Counted from the first letter of the stretch, positions 18,901-25,697 are shown. The stretch: 64,000 nt of DNA from Elusimicrobiota bacterium (GCA_016715645.1 JADJZR010000007.1:116221-180220), one strand, 5' to 3'. Notes: generated from the sequence alone by a model not told the origin. Program-made: numbers and translations.

Positions 18901-20920
18901 TGTTTATATTATTAAGCGATTTGATTAAATTATTCAATTGGCCGGCAATTTCGCCTGTCCCAAAAACCCCGTTTCTTTGCAAATTATCAGCAAAGGAAAT
19001 AAAGTTGGACCGATATTCAACCCACTCAGCCCGAAGTTCGCCTGATCTCATCCCTATAAGCCTGAGGATATCTGCACGCTCTGCTTGTTCTATACGCCCA
19101 AAATTAGAGGCAATAGCATTAACTTCCTCATCGGTTGTGGCCAACGCCAACCGCACAATAAAAGAATTGGCAATCCTCGTCTTTTCCGATTGCGCCATCC
19201 CACCCTGGGCTACGTAACCACTGTCTACCCTAGGAGGATTGCCAGCATTATCGTAACCCAGGATTTCCCCACTCGAAATTTGTCGACTGGTTTCGCGTAT
19301 GAGCCGAATAGTATAAGGACGGACAAACAACCCTTGAATATCAACAGAAGAAATCCCGGCACTTTCAAGATTATTGATGACCAGTCCGGCAACATCAATA
19401 ACGTCCCCTAAATTGCCGTCCCGTTGCAATTCAAAAAGACCACTAACTAAACGACCTACACCCACAACAAAACCTCTTTGTTCAATTGCCCCGGAATTGA
19501 GCTGTTGTTGGAGCGTTTGAAGTTCCTCAAAGATTTCCTTCGCCTTGTCCTCTTTGGCTTGGTAAGGCATTCCGTCCATGGCCATGGGTTGCACTGGAAC
19601 GGTGGCTCTGAAAAGAGTTGCTTCTCCTTTTGTGGAAACTATTCTGTATCCAATTCCTTTGGGAACCATGACCGTCTGTCCACGAGTCAGAGTTAATTTA
19701 CTCCCATCATCCATTTGGAGCAGTAAAGGCATTTCCGCTTCAAGGACGATTAAAGTTTCAACATCGTGATATGGGGGTTGATTGTGGTTTTGCCCCATTG
19801 CAATATTTATCCGACTCAACTGAAATTCAGGCACGTCTCCGAGTTCGCGGTAAACTGTTTCTGTTTCCGCCACCTGAACCCCATCCCGCACCAACGGAGG
19901 TTCGCCTTGGAAAACCACGGTGTTCATCAGTTCAGGAACGTCCACATGCTTTGGCGTCAAACCACCGCGAAGAACGTTGTTCGAGTTGGCCATGATTTCC
20001 ATTCCGACCCCATCCAGATACGCATGGGGCACACCCGCACTCAAATACATGGCCTGCCCTGGATTCAAACGAATAAGGTTTAACAGATATACCGAAAACA
20101 CCCCCCGATCGTGGTGTCCCTCTGTAGAAAACTCAGCATCCGAACGAAGAACCCAGTATTCGGCTGAGTTTTTGGGAAACGGGGTCTTATTGTTAACCTC
20201 ACGCAACCGCTGGATTAGGGGAGATAAAATGGTGTTTACTTGTTCTTGGGGAAGCCCCATTATATTCCCATAAAGAGTTTTTAAATTCCCTTCAGACGGC
20301 ACTGAAACAAAATCAGTTGCTCCTTGAATGGTCATCAGTTCCGCATTTGCATTGATCGCCCCTGCAATTTCGTTTAACGGCCTGAAACCTCGAAGACCAT
20401 AAAATTCGGTCACCGCAACGATCAGTTCCGGTTTGTGATTGGGATCTTTGTAATTCCGATTTCCAGCCCTAACATCTATCCCTTCTTGATTTTCCCTATC
20501 AAATCCAGCTTGCGCTTGCTCCGCGTTCGGGTGCACCTGGATGGAGAGAGGTTTGCCCGCCGCCAACACCTTAAAGAGGAATGGCAGTTGTCCGTTGTAA
20601 AGTCCCCGAGCGTGGGGAGACATGATCCCCTCTCCGGCCCGCTCGACCAAACGACCCATATCGATCTTTGTGCTTTTAGGCAAAATAGCCGTTGAGGGGA
20701 GATCCGGATGGGCTCCTATCCAGACCTCCGCATATGGGCTATCGCCCGCTGGAATGCCCAACAGATTCGGGATAAACGCATCTTCTCCCCGTTGTCCCCA
20801 AGCGTAATTTTGGACCCCCGTTTCGAGAATTACGGGGTAAGGTCTGGCGGCATATTCCTCTAAAATGCGAGCCTTTTGGCGAAAATTAAAAAATGTTTTC
20901 GATGTCGGAACCTTTCCCAA
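12920..20920 (-). CDS. Giant multidomain protein: type I phosphomannose isomerase + unknown ~600 aa + phosphomannomutase + 2 TM helices + mannose-1-phosphate guanylyltransferase + unknown ~400 aa
   Basis: Uninterrupted 2666 codons. PMI motifs: LSIQVHPN, YKDPNHKPE, VPHAYL, EIMANSNNVLRGGLTPK. Phosphohexomutase motifs: FGTSGVRG, TGSHIK, FSTDGDSDR, GGEANGG, RGSGNDKEIRQYF. TM segment at aa 1676-1728. GMP motifs: ITLAGGASSRFWPL, LIEPGRRNTLPAI, LTADHII, WNSGMLVF, EWIDIGSF. Confidence 0.9.
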   Translation of the reverse strand: MGKVPTSKTFFNFRQKARILEEYAARPYPVILETGVQNYAWGQRGEDAFIPNLLGIPAGDSPYAEVWIGAHPDLPSTAILPKSTKIDMGRLVERAGEGIMSPHARGLYNGQLPFLFKVLAAGKPLSIQVHPNAEQAQAGFDRENQEGIDVRAGNRNYKDPNHKPELIVAVTEFYGLRGFRPLNEIAGAINANAELMTIQGATDFVSVPSEGNLKTLYGNIMGLPQEQVNTILSPLIQRLREVNNKTPFPKNSAEYWVLRSDAEFSTEGHHDRGVFSVYLLNLIRLNPGQAMYLSAGVPHAYLDGVGMEIMANSNNVLRGGLTPKHVDVPELMNTVVFQGEPPLVRDGVQVAETETVYRELGDVPEFQLSRINIAMGQNHNQPPYHDVETLIVLEAEMPLLLQMDDGSKLTLTRGQTVMVPKGIGYRIVSTKGEATLFRATVPVQPMAMDGMPYQAKEDKAKEIFEELQTLQQQLNSGAIEQRGFVVGVGRLVSGLFELQRDGNLGDVIDVAGLVINNLESAGISSVDIQGLFVRPYTIRLIRETSRQISSGEILGYDNAGNPPRVDSGYVAQGGMAQSEKTRIANSFIVRLALATTDEEVNAIASNFGRIEQAERADILRLIGMRSGELRAEWVEYRSNFISFADNLQRNGVFGTGEIAGQLNNLIKSLNNINSVMVGSDLIQPVVDVPKAAEDILSLIKTGKPEQAALELIVLGATKSRGAQIFRRMNPSLGEPSMDNNWNEFVGDLLRLIKAIPQQGSTWIQDLRLAASETTKPDPRKPDAFVLDIAQIAKDPNYSQKLFVTLSRFVSAHSNDTETDRKKAYQDQVDSLGRAILSLDAAVAGAGLIGNPYRGRLIRTRRVLEDVQGALKTALSIDFALGQIELPGIRQLVVDLREGRVDDVVGSLNSLALEDSKMAEAYVAEVGNLLNDQYSREYLGSSLGERSRQFFHAMMYQGQTDHMRGIADQAMSIHMFMVKIVSSQEKNKYDLLASYANIKLTGETKQRIVSQGVTSYLSKKTVPRGTNLKMLIPELRRREAQNLIQAMIYFPNYPAFGTSGVRGPEHELTDLAAYAVARTHFSHLGSETGSQIYFGGDNRPSTKRMETAVARAILDMEGQPFYCGRIPTPFLTYVAMQAKGLFFMVTGSHIKTGLNGMKGGSAVGETTPDDNATIARLTAEKISELVYRRTLQDSQFDDYGLLKPTRVPRPDQIRDYQKEARETSERRYSRFFGPVAGLPSAAFYEHSAVGREMVQNIVRVFLNRSKVEKGISTVVGFGATDDFVPVDTEGITQEQLNRILAIFRQLNLNDTVRYIFSTDGDSDRPLVLVVVRNGDQISFRFVPGDVLVALTAVYLKEKSGARNPHISLPNTVNPGVVAYLEREGFTVALTDVGSPYVIASMNAAVEGGQYDMVVGGEANGGFLTATKIGNLEAVPTRDATVVELAVLSLAGEKKRDLLDIVDNDVRPLPGESSVVRYEFGEHQKEFNAIMQNTFSPTTNGIIVDKAVWVEFSNDGSVVLLDDNKDQIKVWNAESDEAKLMVGKKRLLEGMLANVLADSPIVRMNFKTGIKCYLADGEVVNFRGSGNDKEIRQYFFTTPERGKSRANQAGRLSRGEATEGVSEAEREALGRTQGRGVLLQIVDFAKLPAKEKETAFLSASETGVKPLIAKPYSTARKLAVGIPSIVFATGVGFIFVANAIPFVGGLLIWSLGLLAVIALPYTGVALMAYRALKVPFEGEGNIKDLADGFRRFSYDPTFDQNSNEATLKIGKRTVTVKFGRPTDARWFAETTRTDTTASITVRPETPAWLLPIVLSQEIYRVDWWKGVQSTFDFLLGLPDVTSSPAWWIAKIKKQAADTDTRAPPDQPTADMTRVASITLAGGASSRFWPLNKTLSELSGMGVTMIQATFRRVTEKISGAFSSFIDVKNFFIVAGSDVETPLKNQLPDMPLENLLIEPGRRNTLPAILFAMANIKKQNPNATLTMLTADHIIPDTEQFRRTMDKAIALAQDPKANNIVTIGINPIDLKTGEVAPPAEWTPFGAIEANTQSQVGVGYKIKLFTEKPSAELAGQMVQEQETGDATRYWNSGMLVFSIESMEKALEKFQPELFAKYEALVKAIQDGEMENARNIFNSFPSKIKHPTEDRQVHNSVDYALLVPMTLETEDSGVQGIVVPGSFEWIDIGSFDALRKVKSIPTDEHGNRRIGAGSTTGSKDTILVADTEREIAVEGVDDVAVVFSNMGQLLVIQTSLAQGVKNVKEAYDKDSETPTVVWDSKMTIQADGAGVTVIGADSQKVRVLGVENISITFEGNKVTVRNTALFPTRPALLSVTDQVVPAATVQQFGREKGVKVEPVQTPNTLPSFIRYSGEGTVAPPAARAAKKFDTLTADVFLRANAYWTDGELGEFTQWARTPKNKPTAQKLFLDVAFTLARLHGHNRTSTGNYSAERQRNEMIALAVLADQMGMSDESRSHALGLYSREAAVQTIAARNNENGRVDDVQHQFMLAPVVRGEDGNVGWDPAAGEDGINRWKKELREAEEKATVTLFLMSGDTSITPSELEGFLKAQQVESRGPMQGTFFVHQGNYLTDDGRIDFGGVVGSLAPVHKILTSGTIAIVSMYENRFSFDNMPEGFARENLLVYIINMLGKLTQAGTSIETDVNSLRLSFIAA

Positions 20921-23423
20921 TAGGAAGCAGGGTCGTCACGCCGAAAACCAGGTTTGTTGCCGCGAAAGCCTGCAGGGCCGAACTGTCAACACCCGCCCAT
21001 ATCAATAGGCCCGCTAAAGCCGCAAAAAATATGTTGGCCAGGGGCCCCGCAATAGCCACCCAGGCGTTATTTCGAAACCCCAGGTCATCCGTTTGAGCCC
21101 AAACGCCCTCTCGACCGAACATTAACTTTCCACTCTTGCCACCCAAGAAAGAATAAACCCCCAAATGGCCGGCAACTTCGTGCAACAACACACCAAGCAG
21201 GCCAAAAACTCCCACCGATACTAAAGCGGCATAGGTTAAGCCAAAAATGGAAACAGACGCGGCCACGACACCAAGCCCACCAATCACCAGTTGCCCAGTT
21301 TTCATGAAATTTCGAGTCTGTGTGGCCTCGGTTGAAGGCGGTCTGTTCTGTCCTGAAAACAGGTCGACAACTTTTGCGACGAGCGCCATCGGAGAAAAAT
21401 AACTCGCGATGCCTCTTTCCTCAACATAAATCGCAAAATTACTGACTTTGCCCGAGAAAGCGGCGACCAATTTTCCTAATCTGCCTTTATTTTCGCTCCC
21501 TTCCCCAACGGCGACCGAAACCTGTCTGCCTTCAGTTTTCGTGAAATACACACCTCCATCACTACTCTCAACTTCCGATTGGCTCAAAGCTTCAACTGCG
21601 GGAGTCGTTTGCTTGCCCCCGAGAGCCGCAAGCGTCAGTTTTAAAAGCGCTTTAACGGATTCAGCTGCCCTCTCGTAGCCAGGTGTGGCGATTTTGACAG
21701 AAGCGTTGATCGATGCTTTGGTGGTGATTTTCTCTTGGGTGAACAATTTTTCCAGTGCGGGGCGATCTTTTAGGAAATCCAGGTAATGGGAATCGGAAGA
21801 AACTTCCGTGAGCGTGGGGGTGAACACCACGTAAGACACTTTTCCTTTTTTCAACAAATCGGTCATGCCTTGGGTGTGGAAACCGCCGGCTAACAGAAGG
21901 CCGGTTTTTTGGTTTGTTTCTTTCATTTTAGCTAACAGGTTGTTGACCAACGTTTCGTCACGTTTTAAGGCCGCTTGGCAAAACCCTTCAAAAGAAACCA
22001 GGTCTTTGGGCAAGTCGCCCTTATAGTTGTCCGCCCCCGGGGCTATTTGGTCCATACGGGCGGCCATGTTCATGACGCGGTCCCGTGTCCGTTGATAAAT
22101 TTCCCAGTCTCGGGGCGCCATTTTGAACGCCGTCAGGTTAGCCAGGCTGTGCAGGTCTTGGGCCAGCTCATACACAGCCCGCTCGTCCGCGGACCGGACA
22201 AGGGTCGAGGCCACTTGGTCTTGGATCATGTCCAGCTCTTCCAGCAGAGCTTCCGGTTTGATTTGTTCCGATGCCAACACATACTTTATATAGGACGCCA
22301 TGGCCGGAAACCGGGACAGGGACACACCCCGAGCCTCGCAAATGGTTTGAAGCGAATCGTAATATGCCCCATAGGTCAAGTGGCCGGACTTATAAAGAAG
22401 AGTGCGCTGGACCAGCGCGGAAATTTCTTTTTCCGACAGGGCCTTGGTGAGACTTTCAATCAGTCGGGTTCGTTCTCGTTCCACGTCGGCAAAATCGATG
22501 CCTTTTTCCATGGCCAAACACTTTTTGAACGCCGCCATCGCGGGATACTTTTTCTCAATTTTCACCGACTTTTCCATAAGAGCCACAAAGTCCGGTAAGG
22601 GCATTGAATCGGTGCGGTAACGGGCCTGGGCCTCATCAAAACTCTTTAGCGCGGGAGAATACACCTTCGGTTTCGCCTGGGACAGACGGTATTCCCAGCT
22701 TTTAATCCGGTCTTGCACCCGCTGTTGGATAGGCAGGGACTCTTTAAAGGAGTTGAGATTTTTCAAATAAACGTTGACCTCTTCAATTCCCCAGAGGGTG
22801 GGTTCTTTTTCCATGGTCCAGCCCGCGTGCTCGCCGCCGCCAATCAAATGTTCCTGCAGAAAGAAATCCGCCACATCTCCAATGACCGCTTGGTTGGGGA
22901 AGGTCCGATAAGGAACCAAATCAAACGCTCCCGTCGCTCCCTCCAATCCAACCAGAGACACGGCCCCTGTGTTGACCACTTCGCTGATCAGTCCGGAAAT
23001 GTTCATTTGGGCTTCCCGTTGTTCGTGGACGTCTTGGATGTGGACCACAAGCGGGCGGTCCGAGGCGTTGGGCGCGAAATAGGCGGCGGAAATGCTTCCG
23101 TGAGCCGACGAAATATTGTTGAGCCAAGCGGGCATCAACTTAATTTGTTCGGGCGACAACACCGATCGTGCCGCCAACATATGCGCCTGCCCCCCACCGG
23201 CGGAGCCGGCCATGGCGGAATCAAAGGACCCCACCAAAGGAAGCGCATCAGCCAAAGCGCCCTGGGCCCCAGGGGCCATAGCGTATTGAACGCCCTGGCC
23301 GGTCGAATTTTTTGTCCGAGCGGCGTCGCGCCGTTCTTTCCAAAAATTGGCTTCCACCAACGGTGCGGACACCGTCGAAAACAAAAACGCGATCCCCACG
23401 AACGCGGCAATAAATTTTTTCAT
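20886..23423 (-). CDS. Secreted Tiki/ChaN-like protein (paralogue of 1846..4053) with a C-terminal M50/site-2-protease-like membrane module
   Basis: 845 aa with signal peptide MKKFIAAFVGIAFLFSTVSAPLVEA. Paralogy blocks are as listed for 1846..4053. The C-terminal ~145 aa are hydrophobic and carry LLHEVAGH (HExxH inside a TM helix, nt 21165-21182) and NLVFGVTTLLPIGKGSDIENIF (N..LLP..x.D-type second M50 motif). It overlaps the giant gene start by 35 nt. Confidence 0.8.
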   Translation of the reverse strand: MKKFIAAFVGIAFLFSTVSAPLVEANFWKERRDAARTKNSTGQGVQYAMAPGAQGALADALPLVGSFDSAMAGSAGGGQAHMLAARSVLSPEQIKLMPAWLNNISSAHGSISAAYFAPNASDRPLVVHIQDVHEQREAQMNISGLISEVVNTGAVSLVGLEGATGAFDLVPYRTFPNQAVIGDVADFFLQEHLIGGGEHAGWTMEKEPTLWGIEEVNVYLKNLNSFKESLPIQQRVQDRIKSWEYRLSQAKPKVYSPALKSFDEAQARYRTDSMPLPDFVALMEKSVKIEKKYPAMAAFKKCLAMEKGIDFADVERERTRLIESLTKALSEKEISALVQRTLLYKSGHLTYGAYYDSLQTICEARGVSLSRFPAMASYIKYVLASEQIKPEALLEELDMIQDQVASTLVRSADERAVYELAQDLHSLANLTAFKMAPRDWEIYQRTRDRVMNMAARMDQIAPGADNYKGDLPKDLVSFEGFCQAALKRDETLVNNLLAKMKETNQKTGLLLAGGFHTQGMTDLLKKGKVSYVVFTPTLTEVSSDSHYLDFLKDRPALEKLFTQEKITTKASINASVKIATPGYERAAESVKALLKLTLAALGGKQTTPAVEALSQSEVESSDGGVYFTKTEGRQVSVAVGEGSENKGRLGKLVAAFSGKVSNFAIYVEERGIASYFSPMALVAKVVDLFSGQNRPPSTEATQTRNFMKTGQLVIGGLGVVAASVSIFGLTYAALVSVGVFGLLGVLLHEVAGHLGVYSFLGGKSGKLMFGREGVWAQTDDLGFRNNAWVAIAGPLANIFFAALAGLLIWAGVDSSALQAFAATNLVFGVTTLLPIGKGSDIENIF

Positions 23424-23496
23424 TGAAAGCTCCTTAATCTCAGTAAAGGCTTAGATTGCCCACTTTCCATGTCCAGAATGTATCATACCCCCCCAA

Positions 23497-23519
23497 AAGA
23501 TTCCCTTAAGAACTTGTAA
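23497..23519 (-). promoter_or_regulatory. Conserved upstream element shared with the paralogous operon (copy B)
   Basis: aagattcccttaagaacttgtaa matches 4063..4085 at 20 of 23 positions. A TATGAT hexamer (minus strand) lies between it and the start at 23423. The IS end begins 28 nt further upstream. Confidence 0.4.
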
Positions 23520-23741
23520 CATTTTTGTAAACTTTTTGGGGTCAAGTCTTGAGTTTGTTCCTGTGTTCCGTAACATCAAAAGGAACAATTTGGGAACGCA
23601 AAAGGATGCGCCGTCGGAAGGCCTTTTAAAAAAATGGCTCAGACCGTTGGGCCGTTATGCCCGGCGGGCCCCCTGGGGGTCGGCCACGCGGCCCGGGCGC
23701 AACGTGATTGTGGGAATGCCGGCGTTTGTCCGGCATTCGCT

Positions 23742-25025
23742 TTACAACATCGGCCGTGGGGCCGTTTCGGACGGGAGGGTTTTTCCACCCGTTTTCTCCA
23801 CAATGACGTAATGGACCATCTCGCGGCCCGCGTCATTGAGGATATAAAGCTCCGTGTGGGGGCGCCGGGGGCCCGTGGGGGGCCGGATGGCCACGGTGAT
23901 CTTGCGACGTAACGCCGCCCCCGGCGCCGCGTAGGACCGCCCCTGATACTGAATCCGACCGCAGTTATCCACATACCGTTTGTGATGGATGGCGAAAACC
24001 AGGTCCAGTGTCCCGGTATTCGTGAGGGGCCGCAAATACGTTCGGTTTTCTTGGATAGCACGGGCCCACCGCTTATTCGGCGTTTCTTTGGTTTCGTCGT
24101 GCAAGTGGTATGCGTTGTAGTAGGCCACTTCATCCGTCAGGATCCGGTTCGCTTCGGCCAAGCTTTTGGTTCGGTATCGTTCGCACAACAACGGAATTCG
24201 CCTCTGGAAATAGTCAAACCGCTTCTCGATTTTTCCCTTCGCCTCCGGATACCTCTTCGCCGTGAATTTCACATCCACCTGTTGTGTCCGAAGCGCCCGC
24301 ACAAACTGGGTCTCGATGTCATCGGGATGTTTGAAAATCAGGTGGTTATCCACGTAATACGCCAGCGGGCACCCCACCGTTTCCAACGTCGTGCGCACTT
24401 GCGTCAAATGATCCCATGCCGTCTCCTGCTCCACCAGCAACCACCCCACCACTTTGCGACTGTGATCGTCTTCCGTCATGATCAGATCACTGTGCGCTCC
24501 CGTGTGCGGGAGCCAGACATGGGTTGAACTATCGTGTTGGAACAACATCCCAATCCCGTTCTTTTCAAACCGGATATAGGGTTTGCCCACCTTATCGACG
24601 CCCGGTTCGTAGAGCCCTTGCCCGATCGCCCAACGTCGGATCGTGTTGCGATGGATCCTTTGCCCGTAACGCCGCTGGCATTGCTGCGCCAAAAACGCGA
24701 AGTTGATATGCCCACGGAAAAACGGCGATTCTTCCCGGTAATAGCGGATCTCCTCCTCCACATACGCCCTCACAGCTTGTGACAACGCGTTACGTCCGCT
24801 CCCTTCCCGTCCATACAGCCAATCCGGCGACGGTTCTTGTCCGCGGATCTTTAACCACTTCTGTTTCAACTTATTGACCCGGCTTCGGCCCACATTCAAC
24901 AATTTCCCCGCCATTTCTTCCGTCAATTGCCCGACCGCCACCCGTTGGACCAATTGCCACACCAACCGCCAGCTCATCCGTTTATGAAGCTGTTGTTTGC
25001 CTCCAACGGGCCCCTTACGCGTCAT
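23742..25025 (-). CDS. DDE transposase, integrase-core (rve) type with N-terminal HTH
   Basis: The catalytic-triad context is FQHDSS, YYVDNH and PEAKGKIEKRF. I estimate roughly 50% identity to the ORF at 26265..27575. The track ORF extends to 25130, but alignment with copy 2 favours the start MTRKGP at 25025. Confidence 0.85.
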   Translation of the reverse strand: MTRKGPVGGKQQLHKRMSWRLVWQLVQRVAVGQLTEEMAGKLLNVGRSRVNKLKQKWLKIRGQEPSPDWLYGREGSGRNALSQAVRAYVEEEIRYYREESPFFRGHINFAFLAQQCQRRYGQRIHRNTIRRWAIGQGLYEPGVDKVGKPYIRFEKNGIGMLFQHDSSTHVWLPHTGAHSDLIMTEDDHSRKVVGWLLVEQETAWDHLTQVRTTLETVGCPLAYYVDNHLIFKHPDDIETQFVRALRTQQVDVKFTAKRYPEAKGKIEKRFDYFQRRIPLLCERYRTKSLAEANRILTDEVAYYNAYHLHDETKETPNKRWARAIQENRTYLRPLTNTGTLDLVFAIHHKRYVDNCGRIQYQGRSYAAPGAALRRKITVAIRPPTGPRRPHTELYILNDAGREMVHYVIVEKTGGKTLPSETAPRPML

Positions 25026-25260
25026 GTTTTTCCACCCGGGCCTGTGGCTCCTGCGGCCTTCCCATCGATGGACCTGCCGATCTCTCCTGGTTTGGATACA
25101 AGCGTGACAACACGATCCGCCACGTCTCATCCCACCACCGTCGGCGATCCTCCCAGATCAACTGGTCCACCACCGATGAACAACTTCGCCCTTCATGCCG
25201 CGCTTTTTTACACAACAGATTCCACGTGCACCAGGGCAACTCAATTCGTATCCGTTTCAT
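25015..25260 (-). CDS. Ribbon-helix-helix (CopG-like) small protein of IS copy 1
   Basis: 81 aa, MKRIRIELPWCTWNLLCKKARHEGRSCSSVVDQLIWED. This fits a beta-strand plus two-helix RHH layout and resembles MKRLVVHLADELYDPLEREAHKRGTTLTEMVSTYL of copy 2. It overlaps the transposase start by 11 nt. Confidence 0.5.
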   Translation of the reverse strand: MKRIRIELPWCTWNLLCKKARHEGRSCSSVVDQLIWEDRRRWWDETWRIVLSRLYPNQERSAGPSMGRPQEPQARVEKHDA

Positions 25261-25295
25261 GGGGCCTCCTTTTGCCTCTTCTCAGCCCCATTCTT

Positions 25296-25697
25296 TCACG
25301 TCACTCCACTTCGCGCCATATCGTTTTGTTTTGCAAGAATCATCCCGCGGTATTTCCCGTCGGTAAACCGCGTCCACTCGTTTTGTTTTGCAAGAACCCC
25401 TCTTTTTGTCGCGTCTCGCCACTTTTGGCCTTGGCGATTGCGTTCCACGTAGCCCGGGTGCTGAGCTCTCCACTCTCGCCAGTATTGCGGGTGCGCGGCT
25501 CGCCACTGCGCCAGTTTCGCCCCGCGGCTTTCGTCATACCCGATGTTTTTTATTCGCCAGTCCATTTGCACCCGGCGGCGTCGCCACGTTCGGCAGGGTT
25601 CTTTATCACAGGTGATTTGTTGACGGTAAGTTTGCGCACAAGGCAGGAACAGCTCTCCACAACAACGACATTTCTTTCGGCGTCGGCTCATGGACAT
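25296..25697 (-). CDS. Cys-rich zinc-ribbon-like basic protein of IS copy 1
   Basis: 133 aa. CRCCGELFLPCAQTYRQQITCDKEPCR and QWRAAHPQYWREWRAQHPGYVERNR are conserved in copy 2 (CRVCGELFSPYSRSHRRQKVCSKESCR and AWRKKNPGYWREWRNKHPAAVERNR). Confidence 0.6.
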   Translation of the reverse strand: MSMSRRRKKCRCCGELFLPCAQTYRQQITCDKEPCRTWRRRRVQMDWRIKNIGYDESRGAKLAQWRAAHPQYWREWRAQHPGYVERNRQGQKWRDATKRGVLAKQNEWTRFTDGKYRGMILAKQNDMARSGVT

